Below, in pieces: positions 17,168 to 40,962 of a stretch of 64,000 nt of DNA. Source of the stretch: the human T2T-CHM13v2.0 reference genome, Homo sapiens. The notes beneath the pieces are model-generated. The model had not been told where the DNA came from, searched no databases, and saw only the letters and a list, made by a program, of their open reading frames with translations. The stretch lies in the NCBI RefSeq assembly GCF_009914755.1, contig NC_060925.1; one strand, written 5' to 3'. The translations under genes and the position numbers were made by a program. Within the stretch, counting starts at the first letter, position 1; every line of letters starts with the position of its first letter.

Positions 17168-17181
17168 GTGACCATGGCAAC
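17168..17181. promoter_or_regulatory. RFX X-box motif
   Basis: GTGACCATGGCAAC fits the X-box consensus GTNRCC(N0-3)RGYAAC. Confidence 0.65.
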
Positions 17182-17231
17182 CCGAGGTGTGCAGCGGACC
17201 GACCCAGCCTCCGACTCCCGGAGTCACCCAC

Positions 17232-17480
17232 CTGAGGGCTCCAGGGCAAGCCCGGAGGAGCGGCGGAGGAGAACGCGGCTGGGAGGCCGGCGGCCAGGGC
17301 CCCGAAGCGGCCGGCTCCGGGCTGCGGCAGGAGCACGACGGCGGCGGTCTGGGTTTGGCGTCGGTCCTCCCTCCTACCGCCCGCGCGTCAATCCATCAGT
17401 TCGTCAATCCGTCCTTCTCACGTCCGCCCCTCCCGGCCCAGCGACTCCTCAGCTCAGCCTCTTGCAGACTGCGGTTGTCA
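17232..17480 (-). other. WDR47: Non-coding first exon, putatively WDR47 (5' boundary approximate)
   Basis: Strong minus-strand donor CAG|GTGGGT at 17232/17231, downstream of the CCAAT and GC boxes. Positions 1-17231 would then be intron 1. Confidence 0.65.
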
Positions 17481-17600
17481 AGTGCCGGGGAGCCGAGCTC
17501 TACCCGCGAGCGGCAGCCAATCGCCGCGCTTCCCCGAGGCGCCTCAGGACCCCGCCGCGCGGGGCGGCCAGGCAGGTGCCTGAGCCGAAGGGCGAGTCGG

Positions 17601-17720
17601 CGGGGCGGGGCGGGGCGGGGAGGGGCGGGGAGGGGCGGGCCCAAAGCTGGGGCGGGGAGGGGCGGGGCGGACCAAAGCCTGGGCGGGGCGGACCAAAGCC
17701 TGGGCGGGGCGGGCGGGGGT
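17601..17720 (+). repeat. GC-box array with a 21-bp tandem repeat; G-quadruplex-prone
   Basis: GGGGC/GGGGA runs, then GGGCGGGGCGGACCAAAGCCT twice (17660-17680, 17681-17701), flanked by degenerate or partial copies. Confidence 0.85.
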
Positions 17721-18363
17721 CGGGCTTGGAGGGACCGGCTAGGGGCCCGGGGGAGTAGCAGAACGGGTGCGGCAATAGCGTGAGACTGGTGGCAGGGACG
17801 TAGACCCTTAGCTGGCCGGTGACCCCATGTCCCAAAATAGCACGAACAGGATTGTCGCCTGCAAATGGAGAAGACTGCGCATTAGGATTGACTCTTCATA
17901 CTCCTCCCCGATAATTAATAAAGGTTAATGAAATTAATGTTGCCTTCTACCCTTCTTTCGCTGCTTTCCTAGGTCCCACTTCGTCCCAGAAAACTCCAGT
18001 AGTTTGTTTGTCCCCTTCCTGGTTTCTCATTTTGCAAAGCTGATCTGCCTTGAAAGCATTTTTCAGTTACTTAACATTTAATATGTTCAGGTTTTGTCTA
18101 CTCCTGTTGGTTGTAAGCCCCTTATTCCACAAATATACGTGATGTTCAACCGAGCTTAATTAAGCATCCAGGAAGTATAACCATAAGGAAGAATACAATT
18201 ACACAAACCTGTAAGAACATCATTCTCGGCCAGGCGCGGTGGCTCACGCCTGCAATTCCAGCACTTTAGGAGGCCGAGGCGGGCGGATCACCTGAGGTCA
18301 GGAGTTTGAGACCAGCCTGGCCAACATGGTGAAACCCCGTCTCTACTAAAAATACAAAAATTA

Positions 18364-18510
<147 letters not shown>

Positions 18511-18627
18511 TCACAGAAAAAAGAACATCATCCTCACAGAGGCGAAAGTCCAGAGTGAGCTGGACCTCCCAAAAGGGGAAAATGGGGTAACAGTCTGGTA
18601 AAGAGAATAAACATCAAAAATATTTCT

Positions 18628-20165
<1,538 letters not shown>

Positions 20166-20818
20166 AAAATTTAAACCATATTTCTGGGAATACAAAATCT
20201 TGTCCAGTTCAAGATAAAAGAAGCGAGAGCTTGAAGATACACATTTCTTTTTTTTCTTTTCTTTTCTTTTTTTCCTTTTTTTTTTTTTTTTTTTGAGATG
20301 GGGTCTCACTGTGTCGCCCAGGCTGGAGTGCAGTGGTGCGATCTTGGCACTCTGAACCTCCTCCTCCTGGGTTCAAGCGACTCTCCTGCATCAGCCCCCA
20401 GAGTAGCTGGGACTACAGCATACACCACCATGCCCAGCTAGTTTTTGTATTTTTAGTAGAGACAGGGTTTCACCATGTTGGTCAGGCTGGTCTCGACCTC
20501 GTGATCCGCCTGCCTGCCTTGGCCTCCCAAAGTCCTGGGGATTACAGGCATAAGCCACTGTGCCTGGCTTTCTTTTTTTTTTGAGACGGAGTCACTCTGT
20601 CACCCAGGCTGGAGTACATGGCGCAATCTCAGCTCACTGCAACCTCTGCCTCCTGGGTTCAAGCAATTCTGCCTCAGCCCCCTGAGTAGCTGAGATTACA
20701 GGCAGGTGCCACCACACTCAGCTAATTTGTGTGCCACCACACTCGGCTAATTTTTGTATTTTTAGTAGAGACGAAGTTTCACCATGTTGGCCAGGCTGGT
20801 CTCAAACCCCTGACCTCA

Positions 20819-20908
<90 letters not shown>

Positions 20909-21291
20909 TTATGCATTCAGAGAAAACAACACACAAAAGCTGAACTACAAAATTTCAATTGCCTAGTCAGTAACTCCTGGAAGAAAGTCTTCATTATGAA
21001 CCCTCTTAATGATAAGTGACAGGCAAATAAATATAAACATAATTGAATGTTACCCAGGATCTTGATATTGAAAACAAAACAAGCAAACAAACAACACATT
21101 ACAGAGTGTTTAAATTGAAAAAGTAGGCAGATACGTTTTTCCTGAAAGTAGTATCTCAATTATTTTGCTAGTATAGTTCATCTAAGAAACCACTTCTAAA
21201 TCTTTATGATCAAACAAGAAGTTTTGAGAACCAGTATCCTTTTTTTTTTAACTTCATTTTTTATCCCATTTCCCACATTTTTATCAGTTAG

Positions 21292-21670
<379 letters not shown>

Positions 21671-22151
21671 TAACAAATCGTTAATAATTAATTATTGGGT
21701 CAGAATCATAGAATTCTAGAGGGTTTTTGTTTGTTTGTTTGTTTGTTTTTTGTGACAGTGTCTCACTCTGTCGCCCAGGCTGGAGTGTAGTAGGGCAGTC
21801 ATGGCTCTCTGCAGCCTAGAACTCCTGGGCTCAAGCGATCCTTCCACCTCCGCTTCCCCAGCCCAGTAGCTGAGACTACAGGTGCAAGCCACCATGCCTG
21901 GCTAATTTTTTTTTTTTTTTTTTTTTAAGTAGAGACAGGGTTTTGCCTTGTTGCCCAGGCTGGTGCTAAAATGATCCTTTCCCCTTGGCCTCCCGAAGAG
22001 CTAGGATTACAGGCATGAACCATCGTGCCCAGCCCAGCATCCTTTAAATATTTAAATCTTCTACTAGCTCTAGAAAGAGTAACTAATCAGGGACAATCTG
22101 ACAAACAACCGATCACCTGCTAGGGAGAGTGCTTGAAAAACAGAAGAACCA

Positions 22152-23770
<1,619 letters not shown>

Positions 23771-23972
23771 GAAGGAAGGAAGGAAGGAAGGGAGGGAGGG
23801 AGGGAGGGAGTGAGGGAGGGAGGGAGGAGGGAAGGAAGGGAAAGAAAAGGAAAGAAGGGAGGGAGGGACGGAGGGGGGAAGGAAGGGAAAGAAAAGGAAG
23901 GAAGGAAGGAGAGAAGGAAGGAAGGAAGGAAAGAAGGAAGGGAAAGAAAAGAAAGGAAGGAAGGAAGGAAAA
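23771..23972 (+). repeat. Purine-rich (GGAA/GGGA/GAAA)n low-complexity tract
   Basis: About 200 nt almost entirely G/A on the plus strand. Confidence 0.92.
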
Positions 23973-24208
23973 CCCCAGTGAAGTATTAGATTGGCTTTGG
24001 CATTCATTGAACACAAAATGAAATGCTTTGCTTATGTTCTCATTTAAGCCTCATAATCTCCCTTAAAACACCTATTAATTATTCCTATTTGAGTGATTAA
24101 AGAAAATAACTTGCCCAAGGTCACACAGCTAGTATGTAGCAGAGACATTCTGACTCTTAAAACTTTCTTTTTCTATTCTACCACATTAGTATGATTTCTT
24201 ATCTTTGA

Positions 24209-24418
<210 letters not shown>

Positions 24419-24822
24419 TGATCTGCCAGCCTCACCCTCCAAAGTGCTGGGATTAGAGGCATCAGCCGCCGTGCCCTGCCTCATTCTACATTATATTAAC
24501 TGAAAATTTTATTTTAGTATTTATTTATTTATTTAAGAGACAGAGTCTCACTTTCTCACCCAGGCTAAAGTGTCACCTAGGCTGGAGTATAGTGGCATGA
24601 TTATAGCTCACCACAGTCTCAAACTCCTGGGCTCAAACTATCCTCTAGCCTCAGCTTCTTGAGTAGCTGGGATTACAGGCATGAGCCACCTTGCCTGGCT
24701 AATTGTTCTAAGAAATTTTGAGCCAGATGGCCGGGCACGGTGGCTCATGCCTGTAATCCCAGCACTTTGGGAGGCCGAGGCGGGTGGATCACAAGGTCAG
24801 GAGATTGAGACCATCCTGGCTA

Positions 24823-25047
<225 letters not shown>

Positions 25048-26625
25048 TCATGCCCGTAATCCCAGCACTTTGGGAGGCCAAGGTGGGAGGATCCCTTGAG
25101 CCCAGGAGTTCGAGACCAGCCTGGGCAACATAGTGGGACCCCATCTCAACTAAAAATAAAAATAAAAAAAATAGCCTGCCATGGTAACACGTTATCCCAA
25201 CTACTGGAGAGACTGAGGCAGGAGGATCGCTTGAGTCTGGAAGGTCAAGGATTGCAGTGACCCATGATTGTGTCACTGCACTCCCTCTCAAAGTGCTGGG
25301 ATTATAGGCTTAAGCCACCATGCTCAGCCAGAAATTTTAGCTTGAATAAAATGGACCCTATTCTGACAAGGTAGAGAAGATAAGAGGTCTTATTAGTGTT
25401 TATATTCTCCATAACCTATAGCATAGTGCTATTTGCATATGCATTTTCAATGAATAGGACTCAACATTGTTAGAAGCAAATATACCACCATTATATTTCT
25501 GGAAAAAAGAAGGTGGAAGGAGAGAAAGAAAGAGGCACCGAAACACAAGACATCTGGTACATCTTATCACTTGCATACTTATAAACGCATTGACTGTATA
25601 TTTGTTTCTTAATGTAACATCAAAGTTTACACTACAACCTTAATAGCTGGTAGCCTAAGGTATCACCTTTCCTTCTATACTCAGCCACACTGGTTAAGAT
25701 TAGATCTTCCTGTCTTTCACTCTAGTTGCTGCAATAGCAGTCAATTGTTCAAAGAGGACAAGGCTTGCTTAGATGAAGGACTGTCCTCAGATTCCAAGGT
25801 ACTGCCTCAATCATTCACCAAATATTAACTGAATGCCAGTTCTGGGTCAGGAACTAGGTTAGGCATCATTTGGAAATGCAGGTTCTTACATGACAGAATG
25901 ATTCATGGTGCCTTGTGACTTAAACGCCTATAGGCTAAGGTGGACCTCTTTTAATGTGATTCTTAAATGTTATCTCTAAAAAGGAGAATAGGAGTTTTTG
26001 GTTTTCCCCAAATAGGAGAAAGGAGTCTGAGTACAAGCCCAAGCTAGGAAACTTTGCCTCAAGGAATTCAGGGGAAGTTTGTGGAGCTAAGAGAACGTGT
26101 TTTAGAAGCTCCACTCCCATTACTAGAACACGCACATACATACACACATCAAAAAGCTTTGTGCTTCAGAGCCAGTAGCACCTAACCAAGATATGGAATT
26201 AACCTAAGTGAGGCTTTAGGAGAACAAAGCACCACCACTGCTGCTTCTCCTTTAAACAGATTCAAGGGCCAGGCACCGCGGCTCACGCCTGTAATCCCAA
26301 CACTTTGGGAAGCTGAGAGGGGCGGATCACCTGAGGTCAGGAGTTTGAGACCAGCCTGGCCAATATGGAGAAACCCTGTCTCTACTGAAAAATGCAAAAA
26401 TTAGCAGGGCGTGGTGGCGCACGTTTGAACCCAAGAGGCAGAGGTTGGAGTGAGCCGAGATCGCGCCACTGCACTCCAATCTGGGCAACAGAGGTAGAAT
26501 TACCTGGGTCTTCCAGGGCTCCTATCTAGACCTCTAAACAAAAACTTGGTTGTACATAAAAGAGATATGCTGTTATTTATATTAAGTAAATATCTGATAT
26601 ATTCTTGAAAATAAAAATAAAATAA

Positions 26626-26915
<290 letters not shown>

Positions 26916-27558
26916 TGATCCACCTGCCTCGGCCTCCCAAAGTGCTGGGATTACATGCGTGAGCCACCGTGCCTGGCCATATGTCAAAATTTTTAAAAGG
27001 GGAAACTAAATGTTAGGAAATGTTAGTAATACCTAAAGCACATTAAGCATCATAATTTCAGATAAGTGTTTTAGGATAAGGTTAGAAAGTTTCCGGTAAT
27101 AAACTTGTGACCATTTAGTAGAACTTCCTATAAAGATGGAAGAAATGTCATAATCACCAAAACAAGTCTTGATTGGTGTCTTATAAGTTCATATGCCTCC
27201 AAAATACTTACAAAAACCCTATTTCAGAAAAAATAAGTATAGTATTAGCATTTCTTTTAGAGCTTGGTCAGTAACTATACAGGCTCTTTCCAATAAAATT
27301 TCAGTTATTTATCTAAAATGGCCATGCAAATACAAATTGAAAAATGATTTTTGCTTTAGCAATTGTTCTGATCCTAAAAGAATGTACCCAATGATATCAA
27401 GGCAGTCTACCAGGTTCTCTGTGTAAGCAGAAATAATCATAATATTAGGTATAACCATAATAAAGTATTATACATGGAAGTCTCAGTGCTACAAATAACA
27501 TGAGATTTTGTACAAAAGTTCAAATAGGAACTTCTATCAATCTACTGGTAACACATAA

Positions 27559-27822
<264 letters not shown>

Positions 27823-28022
27823 TAGGTCTCCCAAAGTGTTGGGATTATAGGCATGAGCCACCTCACCCAGCCCTATTTCTAACTTTAGAATTCCACTTAT
27901 CAGAATCACACCTGTAATCCCAGCACTTTGAAAGGCTGAGGTGGGCAATCACTTGAGGTCAGGAGTTCCAGACCAGCCTGGCCAACACTGTGAAATCTTG
28001 TCTCTACAAAAATTAGTTGGGC

Positions 28023-29797
<1,775 letters not shown>

Positions 29798-30005
29798 TCA
29801 TGAGGTCAGGAATTCGAGACCAGCCTGGCCAACATAGTGAAATTCTGTCTCTACTAAAAATACAAAAATTAAGCCAGGCGCGGTAGCTCATGCCTGTAAT
29901 TCCAGTACTTTGGGAGGCCGAAGCAGGCAGATCACGAGGTCAGGAGTTTGAGACCAGCCTGGCCAACATGGTGAAACCCCATCTCTACTAAAAATACAGA
30001 AATTA

Positions 30006-30374
<369 letters not shown>

Positions 30375-30441
30375 TCAGATACAATAGGTGTTTAATAAAT
30401 ACTCAATATATGAAAACGTTTTCCTTGAACCAATCCCATAA

Positions 30442-30807
<366 letters not shown>

Positions 30808-31804
30808 TGATCTTGAATTCCTGGCCTCAAATGAATCTCCCACCTTGGCTTCCAGAGGTGCTAGATTTACAGGACTGGGCAGATTTTTTCATTTTTTTTA
30901 TTTTTGAGATAGGGTCTCCTTTTGTTGCCCAGGCTGGCGTGCAGTGGTGCAATCATAGCTGACTGTAACCTCGAACTCCTGGACTCAAGTGATCCTCCCA
31001 TCTAGGACCACTCCTCCCAAGTACCTAGGACTCCAAGGGCGTGCCACTGCACCTCGCTAATTTTATTTCTTATTTTTGTAGAGATAGGGCCCAGACTGCC
31101 CTATCGCATAATTTAATGGTGTGAATAACTCATGTAGTCATTTACAAGGGCCCAGGAAAAGCAGCAGCCTTCAACAACACATTTAACACTTTGTTCCCTG
31201 ATCATCCACACTTCCAGTATCTATTTGTGGCAAGAAGGAAAACATGGGGACTGTAAGAAAATCAGACCTAGAGAAATGGGTGTGTTCTGTGATGTAGGCA
31301 GGGCTTTAAAAAGTTTTTGGTTTTAGGCTGGGTGCGGTGCCTCAAACTTGTAATCCCAGCACTTTGGGAGGATGAGGCGGGTGGATGGCTTAAGTCCAAG
31401 AGTTCAAGATGAGCCTGGGCAACATGGCAGGACCTCATCTCTTTAAGAAAAAAAAAAATTAGGCAGGGCACAATGGCTCACGCCTGTAATCCCAGCACTT
31501 TGGGAGGCCAGCGCGGGCGGATCACGAGGTCAGGGGTTCGAGACCAGCCTAACCAACATGGTGAAAACCCGTCTCTACTAAAAATACAAAAATTAGCCGG
31601 GTGTGGTGGCGGGCACCTGTAATTCCAGCTACTCAGGAGGCCGAGGCAGGAGAATCGCTTGAATCTGGGAGGCAGAAGTTGTAGTGAGCCAAGATCGCCC
31701 CACTGCACTCCAGCCTGGGCAGCAGAGTGAGACTCCATCTCAAAAATAAATAAATAAATAAATAAAAATAAAAATAATTAAATGGGCGTGTGTGTAAAAA
31801 AATA

Positions 31805-31957
31805 AAACAATGTAATAATAATAGAAATAAAGTGCACAATAAATGTAATGCGCTTGAATCATCACGAAACCATCCCCCCATCACCCTCACCCCAGTCCGT
31901 AGAAAAACTGTCTTCCACAAAACTGGTCCCTGGTACAAAAAAGGTTGGGGACCACTG
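31805..31957 (+). mobile_element. MER1A-like 3' fragment
   Basis: AATAAAGTGCACAATAAATGTAATGCGCTTGAATCATC...AAAGGTTGGGGACCACTG terminal sequence. Confidence 0.75.
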
Positions 31958-32244
31958 CTCTAGACGATGCATTCATGTAACTCCTCTCACTGTCATTCAC
32001 CCTCATAATTTTGTTTTCATTTCCTACATGTGTATGTCTAGAGAAGGAAGAATGTGCTGATCATATAGGTGCAAGTTTTACTTACATCTATAAACTGGTA
32101 TCCGTTTTCATACATTGGTCTTATAAGTTTGGATTCTATGAGCGCACCCACAGAGATGAATGTGCTATTTGCTGATGAAATCAGTTTCTAAGCCTGCAAT
32201 GCTGCAAATCAAACTCTGGCTCTGGACTATAGTATACTCATTCA

Positions 32245-32935
<691 letters not shown>

Positions 32936-33107
32936 CTATGATCCTGCCACTGCACTCCCGCCTGAGTGACAGAGCAAGACCCTGTCTCTAACAACAACAA
33001 CAAAAAGCCACAAAGCTTGGAGGGAATTACTATAGATTAAAAGAAATTTAGACATACCAAACAAATGCAATGGGTGACACCTTGTTTAGATCCTACTTCA
33101 AAGACAA

Positions 33108-33983
<876 letters not shown>

Positions 33984-34213
33984 CACACTCAAAAAAGATA
34001 TGTTGAGACAAATCAGCAAGATTTAAACCAGGATTTGGCATCAGGCACTGTGGCTCACGCCTGCAATCATTCCAGTACTTTGGCAGGACTAAGGCAGGAG
34101 GATTGCTTTAACCCAGGAGTTCAAGACCAGCCTGGGCAACATAGTGAGACCTGTCTCTCTACAAAAAAATTTTAAAAATTACCCAGTTGTGGTGCTGCAC
34201 ACCTGTAGTCCTA

Positions 34214-34342
<129 letters not shown>

Positions 34343-34533
34343 TTAACAGGAATTGGGTATTAGATGGAATATTGAGGAATTAGTGTTAATTTTTGATAGG
34401 ATATGGTAATAATATGTGGGCTTTTTAAACTTTGTTAGAAATATGTACTGAAGCTCAGGCACATTGGCTCATACCTGTAATCCCAACACTTTGGGAGGCT
34501 GAGGCAGGTGGATCACTTGAGGTCAGGAATTCA

Positions 34534-34730
<197 letters not shown>

Positions 34731-34836
34731 TCACAAAAAAAAAAAAAAAAAAAAAGATATGTACTGAAGCATTTATAGATGAAATGATACAAGGATGCCT
34801 GGGATTTGCTTTTGTTTTTATTTTTTATTTTTTTGA

Positions 34837-34932
<96 letters not shown>

Positions 34933-35360
34933 TGACTCTCGAATAGTTGGGATTACAGGCTCCCGCGACTATGCCCATCTAATTTTTGTATTTTTATTAG
35001 AGACAGGGTTTCACTGTGTTGGCCAGGCTGGTCTTGAACTCCTGACCTCAGGTGATCCATTCGCCTTGGCCTCCCAAAGTTTTGGGAATATAGGCATGAG
35101 CCATCGCACCCAGCCAGATTTGCTTTAAAATAATACTGCCCCCCTACCTTAAAAAAGGTAAGGGTTCTAAAACCAAGGTCCAAAATTAAAAATAAGAAAA
35201 TTATTTAAAGGTAGGGGGATAGGACAAATTGGCAAAAAGTTGGTTACTTGTTGAAGCTGGGGGCTAGTTACACTATTATTGTGTATACTTGAGATTTTCC
35301 ATAGGAAGTTTAAAAAAAAGTGAATTAATTTAGGAGAGAGCACCTATATATACTCCAGAT

Positions 35361-35873
<513 letters not shown>

Positions 35874-35979
35874 CTCTAAATACTGGAAGACAGCCATGCC
35901 ACCTTACTACCAGAATTTGAAGTTAATAAGTAAGCTCAGGCATCAAGTCAGCCCGCCGAGCCTCTTTCCCCTTTTTGCT

Positions 35980-36420
35980 AATAGTAGTATCTAGTATCCC
36001 AATCCCATTCCAAGCTCTTTTTTACCGGAAGTGGGGCAAGAGATCCGGGCTATAGTACAACTTCTTCCTGGCCATAGTGACTGGTCCAGGAAGAAAATAA
36101 GCAGAGCTCGGATCCTCATAATCCTTGCTTGGAATTTTCTCTATTACGAAGTAAAGCAGCTTCTTCAATTTGGAGTTGTAAGGAGGGAACCCCAGAACTG
36201 CTGGCCATCATGTTCATTTGCCACTCTTAGAATAAAACCAAAATTAGGATAAAAGACAGAGAGACAGTCTTGCTTCTCAAGTACTTAGATCCAGTCAACC
36301 CTAAATTCAGCTCCATCCCCTTTCCCATGTGTCGGTTAGGTAAGCCAATAAATTCCTTGTTTATGCTATTAATAGTATTGAGTTAAGTTATATCACTTGC
36401 AACCTAAAATAGTCAACGCA
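35980..36420 (+). mobile_element. Old MaLR LTR fragment (MLT1J/K-like)
   Basis: CCTGGCCATAGTGACTGG near the 5' part; AGCCAATAAATTCC...TCACTTGCAACC near the 3' end. Confidence 0.5.
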
Positions 36421-36717
36421 AAGCCCCACTCAGTCTGGGCAACACAGTGAAATAGGTTCTCTAGCCAGGCATGCCTGTAGTCCCAGCTACTCGGGAGGCT
36501 GAGGTGGGAGGATTATTTGAGCACAGGAGGTCGAGGCAGTGAGCAGTGATTGTGCCACTGCACTCCAGCCTGGGTGACAGAGTGAGCAGTTTACTGAAGC
36601 CTTGACCTCTCAGGCTCAAGTGATTCTCCCACCTCACCTCCTGAGTAGCTAGGACCACAAGCGGAAACCACTGTGCCTGGCTCTTTTTTTTTTTTTACAG
36701 AGATGGGGCTTGCCTAG

Positions 36718-36942
<225 letters not shown>

Positions 36943-36956
36943 TGATTTTTAGTTGA

Positions 36957-37286
<330 letters not shown>

Positions 37287-37542
37287 TAGCCAGGATGGTC
37301 TCGATCTCCTGACCTCATGATCCACCTGCCTCGGCCTCCCAAAGTGCTGGGATTACAGGCTTGAGCCACCGCGCCCGGCCCAGTCCTGCTTTTTTAAATG
37401 AAAAGATTCACCCAGATACTCACTGAAATAAAAAAAATTTTCAGCTAGACTAAGCAGCAAGAATTATCATATTACCAGTAATGGGCATAATATTCTGGGA
37501 GGAAAAAAAGTCACAAATCAGTCAGATTCAAGGATCAACCTG

Positions 37543-37925
37543 TTTAATTGTTCATATTTTATTCCTGTATCAGTAGATTAAGAAAGTAAAATTTTCCCAA
37601 GCACTGATTTATAGATCATGTTTATAAGCAGCATACAAAAAGTTAAGTTTCATAAACAATAACATTCAGTGATCTACTTAAATCCAATTGTAATCCTTAC
37701 TTTAAACTAAGGGCAATAATAATTTAATACATAGAGTAAATACACACAAAACCTGTGTATTCAGAACTACAAACATGGTTTCCATAGCCACGTATGGTTT
37801 TAGTCAAGGACACATTTCCACAATGAACAAGTACTTACAAATATGTTAATAAAACACTAACCCAAATGCTTACCCTGCCATCAGCTTTTTAAACAATGCC
37901 ATTCCTGCTACTGAAAGCATTTATT
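37543..37925 (-). terminator. TAF13: Candidate distal TAF13 polyadenylation signals
   Basis: Minus-strand AATAAA (plus TTTATT) at 37920-37925 and 37558-37563, and ATTAAA at 37543-37548, in unique AT-rich sequence downstream of the stop codon. Usage is not shown. Confidence 0.4.
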
Positions 37926-37967
37926 TTTAGAAGCTTGAATCTGCTCTGGGAAAACGGGTTCTCCTAA

Positions 37968-38344
<377 letters not shown>

Positions 38345-38466
38345 CGTGAAACTTGCTTTCTTAAAAAATAATAATAACTTGTTATCTGAAGAAAATTAAA
38401 AGATTATCTTTTAAGAGAGATAAACATTCTTACAAAAAACTATATTTTCCTCTATCATCTCTTTAA

Positions 38467-38780
<314 letters not shown>

Positions 38781-38913
38781 TAGTTCATTATCTTTAATAA
38801 TGAACTAGACAATAAACTAATTGTTGTCTAAAAACTTCTGAATACATGAAGTACAAGTCTGAGCTGTCAAGTCAAAAATGCCATTTAGATTTCACATATT
38901 AAACAGCTATAGT

Positions 38914-39228
<315 letters not shown>

Positions 39229-39565
39229 CAGTATAGCTTACAAGGGCATAAACATACCTAACACATTAAATACTACTTTATCCTTTAAATAGTCAAAAGT
39301 CAGAACAACGGCATGGTTTGCAAGGTACTTTGACTTATGTGTGGTCATTAAAACCCAGTAAGTAATTCAAGTATGGTAATATAAAGGCAGGCAATTACAT
39401 GCACCAATATCACCCTAAAATCAAAGGCATAAAAATAAAGGCTGAAAACTTTGTGTTTCTCCATCTTTCATTTACATGGCTAGATATCAGAATCTTACTT
39501 TAGAAAATATACAATTATTATATATGGTTTCCCCAGATGGTAATTTTCGGAAACTACAAAAAGTG

Positions 39566-39736
39566 TCAAGATCCATAATTTGCTTCATCAAATGCTTTTC
39601 TAGCTCGTTTCAATTCTTCATTCATAGTAAGCAAGTCTTTAACCCTGGCAAACTTCCTTGGGTCCTTTCGAATCAAGAAGACGATATCTTCAACTTGTAC
39701 TCGACCTTGTCTTCCAATTGACATTGCCTTGTGAGT
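39566..39736 (-). CDS. TAF13: TAF13 coding exon 4 (THKAMSIGRQGRVQVEDIVFLIRKDPRKFARVKDLLTMNEELKRARKAFDEANYGS*)
   Basis: 171 nt from TAG acceptor to TGA stop (plus TCA 39566-39568); total ORF is 124 aa, the known TAF13 length. Confidence 0.97.
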   Translation of the reverse strand, partial: THKAMSIGRQGRVQVEDIVFLIRKDPRKFARVKDLLTMNEELKRARKAFDEANYGS

Positions 39737-40378
39737 CTATTACAAAGAAACATATTACATTTAACTTTTTTAAATCTAATATTTTACTGTTTTAATTTGC
39801 ATTTATTAATTGCAAGTGAGGTAGAAGATTTTCTCTTATTATTATTATTATGGCTATTCATTTGTGAATTATCTTTCTACTCATGTCCTTTGTCTATTTT
39901 CTACTGGATTATTAGCAATGTTCTCCTTTATGCTTCACAGGCACTTTAAAAAAAATCTTAAGGACATGAAAGCTGTCAACTTTATTGTTCCTTTTTTGTT
40001 TTTTGATATATGTAGATTTTGTCTTCATTTATATAAAATAATTTTATAATTTTGTGTACCCACCCATTTCATTTATGCTTTGTGTCCTCCTCTATCTTAA
40101 TACCCAATAAATATTGGTGGGTTTTCTAAAAATCAAATAACTCTATCTCATCCTGTCATTATATACTCACCTGTGCAAAATCAAAGACCTATCACAGCAT
40201 TATTTCTAATGATTAAAAAATAGAAGCTAAATACTTAATAATACGGCATTGAGCCAGACACAGTGGCTCATGCCTGTAATCCAGCACTTTGGGAGGCTGA
40301 GGGGGTAGATTGCTTGAACCCAGCAGTTCAAGACCAACCTGGGCAACATAGTGAGACCCTGTCTCTACAAAAAATTCA

Positions 40379-40567
<189 letters not shown>

Positions 40568-40818
40568 TTAAATACTGGAAAAGGAGGGGAAAAAAAAAAA
40601 CCTATGTTGGATAATGGTATTATGGATAATATTTTTATTTTATTCAAGGATTTTATAATTATGTCCTTATAAAAAATGCAAGAGGCTGGGCGCGTTGGCT
40701 CACACTTGTAATCCCAGCACTTTGGGAGGCCGAGGCTGGCGGATCACCTGAGGTTGGGAGTTTGAGACCAGCCTGACCAACATGGAGAAACCCTGTCTCT
40801 ACTAAAAATACAAAATTA

Positions 40819-40962
<144 letters not shown>

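Larger units (their letters stand above)
16470..17830 (-). promoter_or_regulatory. WDR47: CpG island / promoter, probably of WDR47
   Basis: About 1.35 kb GC/CpG-rich non-repeat block with a GC-box array at 17601-17720 and CCAAT at 17517-17521. Gene name inferred from the known adjacency of WDR47 to TAF13 on the same strand, not from coding sequence. Confidence 0.75.

Noticed and set aside
16400-17835. Overlapping 100-240 aa ORFs on both strands
   Set aside because: Stop-poor GC-rich CpG island; low-complexity Arg/Gly/Pro products with no recognisable domain.
20701-20760. Small duplications inside Alus (also about 19512-19530, 24566-24585 and 42644-42704)
   Set aside because: Ordinary slippage-type duplications in neutral repeats; no sign of function.
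39476-39721. 81-aa plus-strand ORF
   Set aside because: Antisense shadow of TAF13 exon 4.
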